Virus record (IMG/VR): IMGVR_UViG_3300030060_004020 | Span: 1-64,000 of that record | Direction: 5' to 3' (one strand) | From: an uncultured virus (IMG/VR IMGVR_UViG_3300030060_004020) | Lineage: Duplodnaviria > Heunggongvirae > Uroviricota > Caudoviricetes | DNA: 64,000 nt | Part shown: piece by piece, positions 18,804-30,075 of the stretch | How the letters are laid out: each line of letters begins with the position of its first letter | Position numbering within the stretch: the stretch's first letter is position 1 | Translations under genes and position numbers: made by a program | Notes under the pieces: model-generated | Databases searched by the model: none | Told to the model about the DNA's origin: nothing | What the model saw: the letters and a program-made list of their open reading frames with translations, nothing else

Positions 18804-19547
18804 TTAGAATGTGACTATAATATCATGGACTACTTCTTGGGCAACTCCACCAATAGTTCCTTCGGCACTTAATCTAAGAGTAAAAGTATCATTAGTTGCA
18901 GGAAAAGTAGTGCTTCCCCTACCTCCTCCTAACTGTAGTGAAGCAAAATAAATACTAGCAGAACCCGAAACTCCGAACGCATAAATTCCTCCGGTGTGGT
19001 CTATACTAGCGGAAGGCATAGCCGTATTATCTTGAATAGGTGTTCTATCTCTATAAGTACCCGAAATATTGGAAGGATGAACAGAAGTTATTTGGGAGAA
19101 TGTTATGGAAGTTCCATTACTCATACTACTACTTACTAATCCCCCCGATTCAACTTTCCAATTTATACTGCTTACACCGCTATTGTTGGCAGTAGTAGAA
19201 TCATCCCATCCTCTAAGATACCCTCCTATAACAAAACTTAAAGCACCAAAGGCACTACTAGAATGTGCGCTTTGTATTGTTGAAGTTGCTAGTGTGGCTG
19301 ATTGTGTTGTTCTAGTTGGAGAAGATGCAGTACCAAGTCCACTTGACCCGTCAAATATTGCTCCTATTACAGTAGTTCCTTGAAAAAAACCAAATTTAAC
19401 TGCTCCACCACTAGAACTGTTGGGATAATTACCACTAGCACTAGTAGCAATTTGTATAAAATCACTTGCCCCTCCCCCACCGGAAGCGGGAAATTGAATG
19501 TATGAATTTATTATATGAACAGGTATAACATCACGCCCTATAACCAT
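18804..19547 (-). CDS. Putative receptor-binding/tail fibre-associated protein
   Basis: Ser/Gly/Thr-rich beta protein after the fibre gene. Confidence 0.5.
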   Translation of the reverse strand: MVIGRDVIPVHIINSYIQFPASGGGGASDFIQIATSASGNYPNSSSGGAVKFGFFQGTTVIGAIFDGSSGLGTASSPTRTTQSATLATSTIQSAHSSSAFGALSFVIGGYLRGWDDSTTANNSGVSSINWKVESGGLVSSSMSNGTSITFSQITSVHPSNISGTYRDRTPIQDNTAMPSASIDHTGGIYAFGVSGSASIYFASLQLGGGRGSTTFPATNDTFTLRLSAEGTIGGVAQEVVHDIIVTF

Positions 19548-21138
19548 ATAGTGTAACTTTTAATCCTTTACCGGCAGTTGAAGAACCTATTTGGTCTATA
19601 TCAAAAGTAATTAAAGCATCATTGGCTAAGGCAGTATCGCTTATTACTGCTGCCGAAGCAGCCGAAGTGGAAGTAAGTTCGCTTGCATCAATAGATAATT
19701 TAGTGCTTAGTATTGTAGAACCTGCTTCATTAATGTCTACTATAATTGTAGAACCTACCGGAGCAGTCGTGCAGTTTGCTTTAACTGCGGTTAATGTCAT
19801 AGCAAATGGCATATTGAAACTTGCCTTAGCAGTTCCCGTAGTTAAGTCGGTAGTTTCATCCGATAAAGCCACAATAAAAACTTCTTCTGTAACTTTTACA
19901 TCCGTTCCTGCACCATTAATAAAATGTAAATGATTATCAGCATTAGTGTATAATTGCCCTCTATCAGCAGTATTACTAGGGGCGGATATTTCATCTAAAG
20001 ATATAGCACCTTCTACTGTTAATACTGCATTAGCATCATTAGTATTAGTTCCAATACCAACATTATCATTACCTGCGTCTACAAATAACATATTAGCATT
20101 CCCATTAGATTCAATTCTAAAATTCATATCTTTTGATTCGTCGTTGAAAACAAATCCTTCCGAACCGCTTAATCTTAAAATTTCAACATTATCTGTGCCG
20201 CCTTTTGCGACCATAAATAAGAATCGACCATCTTCTGTTCCTGCCGTTTCATCTTGAGCATCTACAAACACGCTACCGTAAGTATGCGTATCCCCTCCAT
20301 CATCTAAAGCCTTAAATTTAATATGCCCTATATCTTGAGATTGTCCCGCAGTTCCCGTTCTTTGAAAAATTATTTCCGCTTCTCCATCTTCTGTTCCTGT
20401 ATTTTCTATTTTAATAGTCGGAGAACTTGCCGAGGCAGACTTTAGATGTAGCATTGAATCGGGAGTAATTTCACCAATACCGATTCTTGATGAAGAACCA
20501 TCTATTCTCATTACTTCGGTTGGTGTTCCTCCATCATTTACTTTGAAAATAATATCTTTATTACTTACTTTATTTTCTATTGTAGTGTCTCCGGCATTTG
20601 CACTTATTGACATAGCCTCCGTATAAGCCGAAGTTCCATACCCAATACTTACATTGTTAGCAACTTTACTTGTTGTTAAGAATTGAACATTCATGGCATT
20701 GAAACCTGTTGTGTATGTAATAATAGCAATTATCGTATCTCCATCGTCATAAGAAGGTATTTTGTTTGGGGTAGAACTTCCAAATTTTCTTATTTGTAAA
20801 GTATTATCGCTTGCTTGAGCAACTAGTAAATGATGATTATTAGCAACTGCGTTAAAATCACTAGCAGTAAAATTTGTGTCATTACCGTTATTGATAGTAT
20901 GTAATGCACCATCACGGAATATTTTACCGGATTTCACAACAACAACATTCCCACTGCTTGCTTGAGTAATGTCAAAATCTGTTGCCGAACCCTTAACCAC
21001 ATAATTTCCTCTAACTCCTAAACTCAATGCTTTTATTAATCCTGTATGGGGAAAATCTGTATCGTCTGTTATTTGTGCTATGCTAGTTTCATCATTGTCT
21101 ACTGTCGAATAGTGATGTGGATTATGTTCATTTGTCAT
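19531..21138 (-). CDS. Tail fibre protein
   Basis: RIDGSSSRIGIGEITPDSMLH and NVGIGT fibre repeats; C-terminal FDIDQIGSSTAGKGLKVTL domain. Confidence 0.75.
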   Translation of the reverse strand: MTNEHNPHHYSTVDNDETSIAQITDDTDFPHTGLIKALSLGVRGNYVVKGSATDFDITQASSGNVVVVKSGKIFRDGALHTINNGNDTNFTASDFNAVANNHHLLVAQASDNTLQIRKFGSSTPNKIPSYDDGDTIIAIITYTTGFNAMNVQFLTTSKVANNVSIGYGTSAYTEAMSISANAGDTTIENKVSNKDIIFKVNDGGTPTEVMRIDGSSSRIGIGEITPDSMLHLKSASASSPTIKIENTGTEDGEAEIIFQRTGTAGQSQDIGHIKFKALDDGGDTHTYGSVFVDAQDETAGTEDGRFLFMVAKGGTDNVEILRLSGSEGFVFNDESKDMNFRIESNGNANMLFVDAGNDNVGIGTNTNDANAVLTVEGAISLDEISAPSNTADRGQLYTNADNHLHFINGAGTDVKVTEEVFIVALSDETTDLTTGTAKASFNMPFAMTLTAVKANCTTAPVGSTIIVDINEAGSTILSTKLSIDASELTSTSAASAAVISDTALANDALITFDIDQIGSSTAGKGLKVTLYGYRA

Positions 21139-21139
21139 T

Positions 21140-21481
21140 CTACTCTACCTCCAAAAATATAAAAAATTCTACTGTTTCATTAGAAGCAAAAGGCCCAATG
21201 CCATCAAAATTTTGCCTAATTAACATATTAGAACTACTATCAAAAACACCTACTTCTCTAAGTACTTGACCTGCTAATGTTCCTCCACCGGAAATTGAAA
21301 CTTTCACTTGAACTACATTTTCATCCGACTTTGTAGCGGATGTACTTGTAGCATTTGCTAATTCAATATCTAAACCTGTTTGAGAACTAAAAGTAGAATT
21401 GCCTCCAAGACCTACCTTTCCACTACTTACCAAACTTACTATTTGGTCGGCTAGTAAAGATTGTAATTTATCAACTATCAA
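21140..21481 (-). CDS. Tail fibre attachment/baseplate protein
   Basis: LREVGVFD motif typical of fibre-proximal domains. Confidence 0.55.
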   Translation of the reverse strand: MIVDKLQSLLADQIVSLVSSGKVGLGGNSTFSSQTGLDIELANATSTSATKSDENVVQVKVSISGGGTLAGQVLREVGVFDSSSNMLIRQNFDGIGPFASNETVEFFIFLEVE

Positions 21482-24400
21482 TGTTCTTCCTCCGTAAGTG
21501 TGGTAAAGGTAGTAGTTCCTATGTTAAGTGGAGAGGCACTTGTATTTAGCATTGTTGAAAAGGTATTGAGGGTGAATCCTCCGGTCACCGTCTTTTTCCT
21601 AATTACTGTTTTTATTGGTTTTATTTTTACCTTTCCTAAGAAATTAAATTGGTTTTTATCCGAATCGATTAAATCTTCATTTAATCTGTTTTTGGTTTTT
21701 CTATTTTCTATTGCTAATTCAGCAAATCTATCTTCTAGTCCTTTGATGTATTTACCCAAATGTAGTTTCATTATTCCCGAAAGAGTATGCTCGATACTCA
21801 ATACTAAAAATTCTGTTCTTGCTATATTCTCTTCAAGAATTTCAACAGTTATTATGTCACCCGCTTTCAATTGTGACATGTTTTTATAGCCCACTTCCAA
21901 GTCTAAATTGAAGTTTTGTTCATTGTGTAATTTTAAAAGTTCTGTTGCTCTTTTATCTACTGATGATTGAGTAACAAGTTCTTCTTCAAATACTTGTAGT
22001 GACTTAAGACCTTTCTTTTTAATACTATTCATTTCTTTTCTAACGGCTTTGTGAAATCTTCCAAAGACTGTAATATCATTAAAAATATCAAAAGAACTTT
22101 TAGTTCTCTTATAACTAAATATATCATTATCTGTTGATTTTGTAGTTAAAAATAACTTAGATTGGAAAGAACTATCGTCATCTTTTATAGAAAATGAACT
22201 ACTATCCTCTATTAATTTTTTATTCTTTTTACCCATTAAAAATTTAATCGCTGAGTATAATTCTACTCCCTTGAAATTAGGAGCAACTATTAATGGGAAT
22301 GTTTCATTTTTAGTTAATGTGAATTGTATGCTTTGGTCTTCCAATAAATCATTGATTAGTAAATCACTATCAGTTCCTATATTAACAACACTTCCTATTA
22401 ATGCTCTTTTAGCCCCACTATCTACCTGTTGTGGAACAGTAATAGTAAATGTCTCGGAAGCAGAAACCACTCCTAATAGTTCTTCTTGTGATTCTAAAGA
22501 AATATAATATCCTATATCATCCCCTTCATCTATAAATTCAACTGCCGTATGGTTTTGATTTTCTCCATCGCTAAATAACATCTTAGTCGTTTCATTTTGT
22601 ATAATATTATTTCTAAGATTACTTGGGTTTCTAACCACTAAATGTCCGTCATTAGTTTGGTTATCGGGGTCAACTATAACATACATAGATAAAACACCCT
22701 CGTTGTCACCTTCCTTAGTAGAATCCCCTACCATATCGGGATAATTATAATGGTTTATATTTCCATATACTTGTTCCGAATCGGGTCGTTTTGTGTATTT
22801 TGAAGACATTTCATTTATTCTAATTTTCTTAGGGCTAAAATCATAAAAGCAAGTATGATTAGGTTGCATAACTCTAAAACCTTTTATTCTTTGATAGTGG
22901 TTCATTCTATGATAGCATCCTTTGTTAGTATCATCGGAGTCAGCAATATTTGAAATCATAATAGGGTCGGGTATTTCACCACTAACTGTTATTATGTGTT
23001 TTCTAATAGCAGAAGTAGTGTCTATTTCATGTGATAGAATATACAGAATATATCTAGGAGTAAAGCCATTTATACTTTGAACTTCACTGTGACTACTTTC
23101 AAATATACCGTGTCCTCCCGAATAAGGAGTTCCTGTTCTTGAAAAACTAATCGTTTCATTATAATTAGGAGTCAAAATTCCTGTATCTCTATAATATTGA
23201 TTTCCTTCTTCCGAGACTAAATAACAACCTGTTAAATCTACTTGGCTAAGCCATAATGGATTCAAAGTATATCCTAGCAATTCGGGATATATTGCTGAAT
23301 CGTTAGGATTGTAAAGGTCACTATCTGTTAAATAAAACACATGAACATTAGTATTATTTGCTGCTTTTTTAGTGCCTACAAAATTCCTACTAACAACTAT
23401 TTCATTATCAGTTGTTGCTTGTAGTGCATTCTTGTTCATATTAACTTTATATGTATTACTAGACACTGTTGAAGTAAAGAAATTTATAGCCGTTCCAAAT
23501 GGGATTGTAGCATTAGAAGTGCGATTTTCTCCTGTCACAATATAATGAAAAGTAGCACCCGACCTATCATTAGTGTGGTAATTTTCGCACTGTGCATCAC
23601 TTAAACCCGCACCATCCATAATAAACGGTGTGTTGGCATTCATTACTGCCTCCGCCTTACTAGTTCCGGTAGTAAAATCTACATCGGGTAATTGATAGCC
23701 AAAATCTAATTTGATTAATGGTTTTAATCCGTAGAAAACACCGTCAGCATCCTTTTGATAATCCCTACTGTTTAGACTTTCACTCTCCGGTGTTTTGCTC
23801 ATAGCGAAACCACTATTTCTAAGAGTAGAACTAGCAAATGTTCTTTTCATAGACATTCCTATTCTAGTAGAATAATAATTAGCATTTGCTACATAAGTAG
23901 TCTTAGTTGTTTTTGCTATTCTTGTTCCTGTCATTCCAATATCGGCTTTTGCCCCCGAACCTCCTTCTATGTTAAATCTATCAAGAAATACGGGTTTAAA
24001 GTTCTGTAATAATATACCCTTTGATTCGGCTATTTTGGCTTGAAGATTACTTGTTTGTTGTTGACTATAATTAGATATGCCTATGCTATCAGCAGTGGAA
24101 GTGAAGGCAGAAGTAACCGTATCTAAGTATTGTGTTATCAAAGGAAACGGTGAACTACTATTAGAAAGGTTTCTAGTTTGATTCCTAGAAGTTTGAAAAA
24201 TATTTGGCTTATATCCTAAGTTTATTGGAAGCCATAAATTAATGTCGTGCCACCTACTACCTAATCCATTATTATTAGTGCTTTCAGTTCCAATAAAACT
24301 AACATAATCATATCCTTCTCCATGTGCAAAATTACCAACTTCTGTATACCAAGTAGTATCGGTTTCGTTAGAATCATCTCCCCCAAAACCGGCACTATGA

Positions 24401-27400
24401 TTCCCCCTGTTTAGGTGAGTTCCTGTGACTTGTGAGCCGGAGGATTGTTCGGCAATACCTCTCATAACGGCACTTTTTAGCAAATGAATACCAAAACTCA
24501 TGTCATTAAATCTATTTGTTGTAGCCAATCCTCTAACAACTGCATGTCCTCTTTTATTATTTGGCGAAGCAGATTGCATATTATTTGCTTTAAGATAATA
24601 TAATGGTGAGTTAGAAGAACTAGTAGGCACACTACCTGCTCTATTAAGTGTGTAATCTTTGTGTTCTGTGCTTACACCATCCGACTTTACCGTTGTTTTA
24701 TGAGGAACTTCTTCTAATGTTATGCTATTAGTCCCAAAAGAAGCAATTACTCCTATATACCTACCTTCACCATCTATTAAAATATCTCCAACTGCTGCTC
24801 CGGTATTAATAACAGATTCAGCAGATTGTGAAGCATTTTGATTATCTTGTAAATTAATTGTTTTGCTTGATATGCTATCAATATAAAGACCTTTATTACT
24901 AACTCCTGAGTGCATCAATCTAGTTACTTCGTAGTTAGGTAAGTCAAAGGAAGGAATTACTTGTTCATTTGATGGAGGATTTTCGGGGTCAAATTGATTA
25001 AAGGCAAAATCATATACTACCTCTGTTAATCTCATTATGCTAAATCTCTTCAAGTCTTTTAATTGTGGTGATGAATCCGATACGGAAGATATAGCACTAG
25101 AAGTATATGAACTGTCTAACCTAGTTATTGGGTTAGTATTTCCAACAATATTATCTTTTATTTCATTGTCTAAAGAATCAGTTTCTTTACCTAAAAACAT
25201 TACATTGTATTTAGTTAAATCTCTATTGGCGTTCTTATACATAATGCTATCTTTTCTAGTAGAAGAATGTGGTAAAAGGTCACAATTAGAGAACAAAAAC
25301 ATTCTAGCAACTTTAGAATCAATATGCTCTAATCTATCTTTTACTGTTAATGGACTATGTAAATTAGTAGTAACAGTAAATGTTCTATCAGCAGTATTAG
25401 AGCCTGTTGCACTAGCACTCATTGTTATGGCCGAAGATGAAGAAATCGCAGTAATAGTAGTTCCCGTAGGAATGTCAGTTCCCGATATTACCATACCTAC
25501 ATTTAATCTTCCGGTGTCCGAAAAACCATCTAAAGTAGTATTGCCGTTAGTATCACACGCTAATGTAATGGTGTTTGTTTTTTGTTCTTCGGCAACTATT
25601 GGATTCGGAGGTAAAAGAACTATTGGGTAGTTTCCTTGATGAAATCTAGCGTTGTGTTGAGTCGGTACTAAATTTGGTAATTCTATAATTTCATATGATT
25701 TTTTTTCTAGGGTTTTCATATCAAAAAACTTACTTCCCATACACGATACATAGCCCCTAGATTCGGGGATTCTTTTATTGTCAAATGAAAAATAATCCGC
25801 TTCAACATCAAGCGCACTAGAATTACCCGTTGAATTATTAGACAAAATCACTTCCCCTACATAAGAACCCGAAGAACCTGTTTTTGAGGTAATGGAGGTC
25901 ACAAAGGTATTAGAGGGAATATTACTAGCAACTACTTTTTGTCCAACTCTAGGAACTTCAAGGCTATTTACATCGGGATTACTTGCAGAAATATTTTGCA
26001 CATTTTCATAGTCAACATGAGCATCACCACTATATGTTTCTAGTAAATTAGTTCCTGTCCAAATCAACCCCATAATATCTGTTCCAATAATATTATGTTC
26101 ATCAATTCCATCAATGTAATATCCGGCATTAAATCTATATGCACTAGCATAATATTTAATGTTACTTAGAGTTTCTAAATAATATTGTATGTTTGTAGAA
26201 TATACAACTTTGGGCAGGGACTTATTGTAATTTCCTTTTTCTATATTTAATAATCTATACATAGGAGTCCCATAGACTTCTTGTGAGGATTTAGGAACTT
26301 CATCTATAATTGCAGAAGTTCCATCATAACTAGCACAAAAAGCAGAACTACCGCCACTAGTCAATCTTTGTCTAAACGGTTGTTCATAGGATAAAGGATA
26401 ATTTAACAAACTACAAGCGTTGTTAGTCGCCGCAGTATTTAGTAATGGATGAAGTAGCCCTATTGTTTTAGCACCATGCAGGTGTGCAGCATTTATAAAA
26501 TTCAATTCATGTGTTAATTTAGAACTTTCTTTTGTTTCAGTTGTTGCTTTTGTTAATACTGAAACATCTTCATTTGCATGTCCTCTAAGTTTATCGACAT
26601 ACATACCCGCCTTGAGAACAAAAGTAAATGTGTTTTTTCCTGTGGCAGTTGCATTAGCACTTATGGTTATCTTTGTTTTGCTATTTATTTTAGTGACGGT
26701 TGTTGAGGCCGGTATTCCCGTTCCACTAATACCCATACCAACAAATATTTTTTCTGTTGAGGTCATAGCAACAACACTATCGCTTGATATAGTTGAGCCA
26801 CTTAAAGAAACAACTCCCACTTCTCTATCTAAATATATTCTAGTTTGTGTTGAAGGTAAAGTAAATTGTGTAGTAGTGTCGGTAGCACTATTAGTAGCAC
26901 TAGCACTCATTGTAAGGCTTGTTTCTCCTAATGAAGATATTGTTGTTCCATTAGGTATTCCCGAATGAGTTCCATTGACTATTTCCATACCATTAGATAA
27001 ATTATCTGTATTAGCAGTTAAAGTAGTATTACCATTTGTAGTTGTGCTTATAGTAGTTTCAAAGTTCTTAACACTTTGAACAATATTTGCTAAAAATTTA
27101 CCATTGATATAAATAGGCTTACCATGCAAATTTCTATTTCCTCTAATCTCATTAATACTAGACAAAACTCTTTCCGAGTCCACTTCAATGTGTTTTCTAG
27201 CAATAGACATATCATTGGTTAATTTACCCAAATTGTTTTCCGAAAAAGTTGTATCATTAGTGTTAGCATAATTAATGTCCACTCTTCCTAGTGTTAAAGG
27301 AACATAAGGTGCTAATGTCACTTGTGTTGAGTTTCCTACGGTGTTTGTTTTAACTATTTCAAAATCCATAAGAGTATTTATTGTGTCGAAAGTAGAACTT

Positions 27401-30075
27401 TCTAATGTGCTTTGGAAGTAAGGGTCACTTTTCATTCTTTTTACTTCATTTATATTATAACCTAATGCGTCTTGATGAGTGCTATGACTAGTTCCAACTA
27501 AGTCTGTTGTTTCTAATCCCGAAGAATCTAATTTTGTTCCCGACTTAAAAAATAGTCCTTTGTTTGAAGTGCCTCCTAAACTAGTAGAAGATTGAACATA
27601 AGCATTACTAGCAAGGGCTTTATTCATTACATAATTAGTGTTCGATTCTTTGAATCCTGCCATAGTAGTTCCTTCGGCTCTTGGAAAATCTACCAATGTA
27701 AAACTAGTTCCTGTTGCTCCCGAAGATATTTCACCAACATAACTCATCATACCTGTTGGAAATTTGATGTGTATTTTATCTCCCGTTGCTAGAGTTATGC
27801 TAGTAGAAGCAGTAATTGTTTGACTATTAAAAGTGCAAGTAAAATTAGCCCCTGCTGATGTTAACTTATTGTAAGGGCTTTGTGATGAGTAAATTATATC
27901 TTCCGAAAATAAAGCATTTTTATTTATGATAGGTGAAATTAATTTTCTAATATTACTTCTTCCTATAATTACCATTTGTGTTAAACCGTCTTCTTTGTAT
28001 TCTTCGATTTTTTCAATCTCTCCATCAAACCTTTGTAAATTAATTGAATACTTTCCTAGCATATAATCTAAAGAATTTCCTAATGAATGGTAAGACTCTT
28101 CATTTGAAGTTCCTCCATCCGAGTCAAAATATGCTTTATCGGGAAAACTTAGAGTTAGTAGTTTTTTATTCTCATCTATATTAGATACAGAAGCATATAG
28201 GAATGAAAAATTCTTTGATAGCATTTTTATAAATACATCTTGTTTTCTATCATTAATTCCTTTAAAGTCAGTTAGTAATGTTTTGTCTTTTTTATTGTAG
28301 GCTCTTCTTAATAATTCATCTTCCGCTTGTAAAGTATATGTTGCACTAGAAACAATCGATTCTGTTTCTAATCTTCTTTTTGCCTCAAGAACTAATGTTT
28401 GTGTTCCGCCGCTAAAGTCAGCAGTAATACTAGATACATAATAGATGTAATTACCTACCTTTACTTCATCACCCGCATTTAAAAAATTTGTAAGATTATG
28501 TTCTGTTCTCACTGTATAAGAAGTAGCAGCCGAAGAAGGAGTTGTTGCTATCTTTGCCCCAAACGATTTAAATTCGTTAAAGTCGCCTCTAAAAACTTGT
28601 TGTTTAACTCTAAAAGAATCTCCTTCTTTTATTTTCTTTGGTAATACTCTATAAGGGTCTGCTATTTTTATTTCTGCCAAACTTCCTTTTTCACCAAATG
28701 ATTCTTCTAAAACACAATCTATTACATTATAAGATAGATTTGATTTATCCTTTGAATAACCGTAAGAAACATATCTGTATTGTCCATTGTAGTCTTGACT
28801 TGCAGTATCAGTTATTGTATCGTTATCATCTCTTCTAGCATTAGTAAAACAAGCGTCGTTTGTAAATGGAGTATAGTCTAAAATTGTATTGCCTTCATTA
28901 CTTGTATGAGTGGTTGGATTATCTTGTTCTTTTAGTTTATCTATTAATTTAGTTTTTAGAGTGAAGTTGCTATAATCAATTATTGTAGTTCCAAAGTCCT
29001 CTTTAGTAGTAAAGTGGCTATCTATTGCCAATGTTTCAGTAGCATTAGAAACATAGTCTCCTTCTTTGAACATGATAGTGTGCTTTATGTCGTGGTCTAA
29101 TTCATTCTTTTTATCTAAATATTCATTAAAGAAATAAAATAGTGGCCTAGCACAATGTAATTCAAAGGTTGGATTATTTTTAATTCCCGCCCCTATAACT
29201 AATGGATGATTACTAGTTGGTATAGGAAAAGAAAACAATCTAAATTTAACTCCATTAGCCACTTCATTTCCTAATTTTGGCTCAAATTCAAAAGCATCTC
29301 CCTCTACATCTTGAGTTAATTTTTCTGTGACTCTAACAAAATGATGTTTTGAAAAATCATCGGAATGAATCATAGCGAATAAATAATGAGTATCTTCATT
29401 CCAACTATTTATTCTAACTCCTGTATCACTAGTATTATCATAACATTTTATTTTAAAGCCATCTGTCGTTGCTAAGTTAGCATATTCTAAACCTAGAACA
29501 ACAGTTTGACTGCTTGCAGTAGTGCCTGTTGCCCTTTTAGAAATGGTGAATGAAGTTGAGGAAAGTATGTTGTCAATAGTAGTATCATCTTGTAATTTAG
29601 AATGATGAATACTTTGTCCAACAAATAAATCGTCTGTATTGCCACTTGATAATGAAATCAAAGAACTGTTTTGTGTAATGGTGCAATTGGCTAAAGTGCT
29701 TCTTCCTAATGGAGTTAATACAACGCTTCCTGTGCTTTCGGGAGTAATTGCTATATTTAATCTACTAGTAGTTAGTGCTGAATCAAAAACATAAAGCATT
29801 GGATTAGTAGGACAAAGATATGCGGTCTTTGTAAATGTAAAAGACCTACTAGTAGTTATTGCATCATTAGAATTTTTATTCATTGTTGCCGTATTAGCCC
29901 CACTATTAATAGAAGTAATTATGCTTCCATCGGCTATTCCTGTTCCCGAAACTTTCATCCCAACAAATAAATTCGTAGTGGTTAAATTGCTAATAACCGC
30001 ACTACCTGTTCCGGCAGTAGTTCCTGTTAAAACAACAGTATTTGGGCTAGAAGAAATGGCTACTATCTCGGTCAT
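21478..30075 (-). CDS. Giant tail tip/hub-adhesin protein, 2865 aa
   Basis: Follows TMP and Dit-like genes; hub-like segments (FDGEIEKI; FNDITVFG...LKAGDIITV...FLVLSIEH); repeated VG...G.GIP..T.I..I modules. Confidence 0.7.
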   Translation of the reverse strand: MTEIVAISSSPNTVVLTGTTAGTGSAVISNLTTTNLFVGMKVSGTGIADGSIITSINSGANTATMNKNSNDAITTSRSFTFTKTAYLCPTNPMLYVFDSALTTSRLNIAITPESTGSVVLTPLGRSTLANCTITQNSSLISLSSGNTDDLFVGQSIHHSKLQDDTTIDNILSSTSFTISKRATGTTASSQTVVLGLEYANLATTDGFKIKCYDNTSDTGVRINSWNEDTHYLFAMIHSDDFSKHHFVRVTEKLTQDVEGDAFEFEPKLGNEVANGVKFRLFSFPIPTSNHPLVIGAGIKNNPTFELHCARPLFYFFNEYLDKKNELDHDIKHTIMFKEGDYVSNATETLAIDSHFTTKEDFGTTIIDYSNFTLKTKLIDKLKEQDNPTTHTSNEGNTILDYTPFTNDACFTNARRDDNDTITDTASQDYNGQYRYVSYGYSKDKSNLSYNVIDCVLEESFGEKGSLAEIKIADPYRVLPKKIKEGDSFRVKQQVFRGDFNEFKSFGAKIATTPSSAATSYTVRTEHNLTNFLNAGDEVKVGNYIYYVSSITADFSGGTQTLVLEAKRRLETESIVSSATYTLQAEDELLRRAYNKKDKTLLTDFKGINDRKQDVFIKMLSKNFSFLYASVSNIDENKKLLTLSFPDKAYFDSDGGTSNEESYHSLGNSLDYMLGKYSINLQRFDGEIEKIEEYKEDGLTQMVIIGRSNIRKLISPIINKNALFSEDIIYSSQSPYNKLTSAGANFTCTFNSQTITASTSITLATGDKIHIKFPTGMMSYVGEISSGATGTSFTLVDFPRAEGTTMAGFKESNTNYVMNKALASNAYVQSSTSLGGTSNKGLFFKSGTKLDSSGLETTDLVGTSHSTHQDALGYNINEVKRMKSDPYFQSTLESSTFDTINTLMDFEIVKTNTVGNSTQVTLAPYVPLTLGRVDINYANTNDTTFSENNLGKLTNDMSIARKHIEVDSERVLSSINEIRGNRNLHGKPIYINGKFLANIVQSVKNFETTISTTTNGNTTLTANTDNLSNGMEIVNGTHSGIPNGTTISSLGETSLTMSASATNSATDTTTQFTLPSTQTRIYLDREVGVVSLSGSTISSDSVVAMTSTEKIFVGMGISGTGIPASTTVTKINSKTKITISANATATGKNTFTFVLKAGMYVDKLRGHANEDVSVLTKATTETKESSKLTHELNFINAAHLHGAKTIGLLHPLLNTAATNNACSLLNYPLSYEQPFRQRLTSGGSSAFCASYDGTSAIIDEVPKSSQEVYGTPMYRLLNIEKGNYNKSLPKVVYSTNIQYYLETLSNIKYYASAYRFNAGYYIDGIDEHNIIGTDIMGLIWTGTNLLETYSGDAHVDYENVQNISASNPDVNSLEVPRVGQKVVASNIPSNTFVTSITSKTGSSGSYVGEVILSNNSTGNSSALDVEADYFSFDNKRIPESRGYVSCMGSKFFDMKTLEKKSYEIIELPNLVPTQHNARFHQGNYPIVLLPPNPIVAEEQKTNTITLACDTNGNTTLDGFSDTGRLNVGMVISGTDIPTGTTITAISSSSAITMSASATGSNTADRTFTVTTNLHSPLTVKDRLEHIDSKVARMFLFSNCDLLPHSSTRKDSIMYKNANRDLTKYNVMFLGKETDSLDNEIKDNIVGNTNPITRLDSSYTSSAISSVSDSSPQLKDLKRFSIMRLTEVVYDFAFNQFDPENPPSNEQVIPSFDLPNYEVTRLMHSGVSNKGLYIDSISSKTINLQDNQNASQSAESVINTGAAVGDILIDGEGRYIGVIASFGTNSITLEEVPHKTTVKSDGVSTEHKDYTLNRAGSVPTSSSNSPLYYLKANNMQSASPNNKRGHAVVRGLATTNRFNDMSFGIHLLKSAVMRGIAEQSSGSQVTGTHLNRGNHSAGFGGDDSNETDTTWYTEVGNFAHGEGYDYVSFIGTESTNNNGLGSRWHDINLWLPINLGYKPNIFQTSRNQTRNLSNSSSPFPLITQYLDTVTSAFTSTADSIGISNYSQQQTSNLQAKIAESKGILLQNFKPVFLDRFNIEGGSGAKADIGMTGTRIAKTTKTTYVANANYYSTRIGMSMKRTFASSTLRNSGFAMSKTPESESLNSRDYQKDADGVFYGLKPLIKLDFGYQLPDVDFTTGTSKAEAVMNANTPFIMDGAGLSDAQCENYHTNDRSGATFHYIVTGENRTSNATIPFGTAINFFTSTVSSNTYKVNMNKNALQATTDNEIVVSRNFVGTKKAANNTNVHVFYLTDSDLYNPNDSAIYPELLGYTLNPLWLSQVDLTGCYLVSEEGNQYYRDTGILTPNYNETISFSRTGTPYSGGHGIFESSHSEVQSINGFTPRYILYILSHEIDTTSAIRKHIITVSGEIPDPIMISNIADSDDTNKGCYHRMNHYQRIKGFRVMQPNHTCFYDFSPKKIRINEMSSKYTKRPDSEQVYGNINHYNYPDMVGDSTKEGDNEGVLSMYVIVDPDNQTNDGHLVVRNPSNLRNNIIQNETTKMLFSDGENQNHTAVEFIDEGDDIGYYISLESQEELLGVVSASETFTITVPQQVDSGAKRALIGSVVNIGTDSDLLINDLLEDQSIQFTLTKNETFPLIVAPNFKGVELYSAIKFLMGKKNKKLIEDSSSFSIKDDDSSFQSKLFLTTKSTDNDIFSYKRTKSSFDIFNDITVFGRFHKAVRKEMNSIKKKGLKSLQVFEEELVTQSSVDKRATELLKLHNEQNFNLDLEVGYKNMSQLKAGDIITVEILEENIARTEFLVLSIEHTLSGIMKLHLGKYIKGLEDRFAELAIENRKTKNRLNEDLIDSDKNQFNFLGKVKIKPIKTVIRKKTVTGGFTLNTFSTMLNTSASPLNIGTTTFTTLTEEEH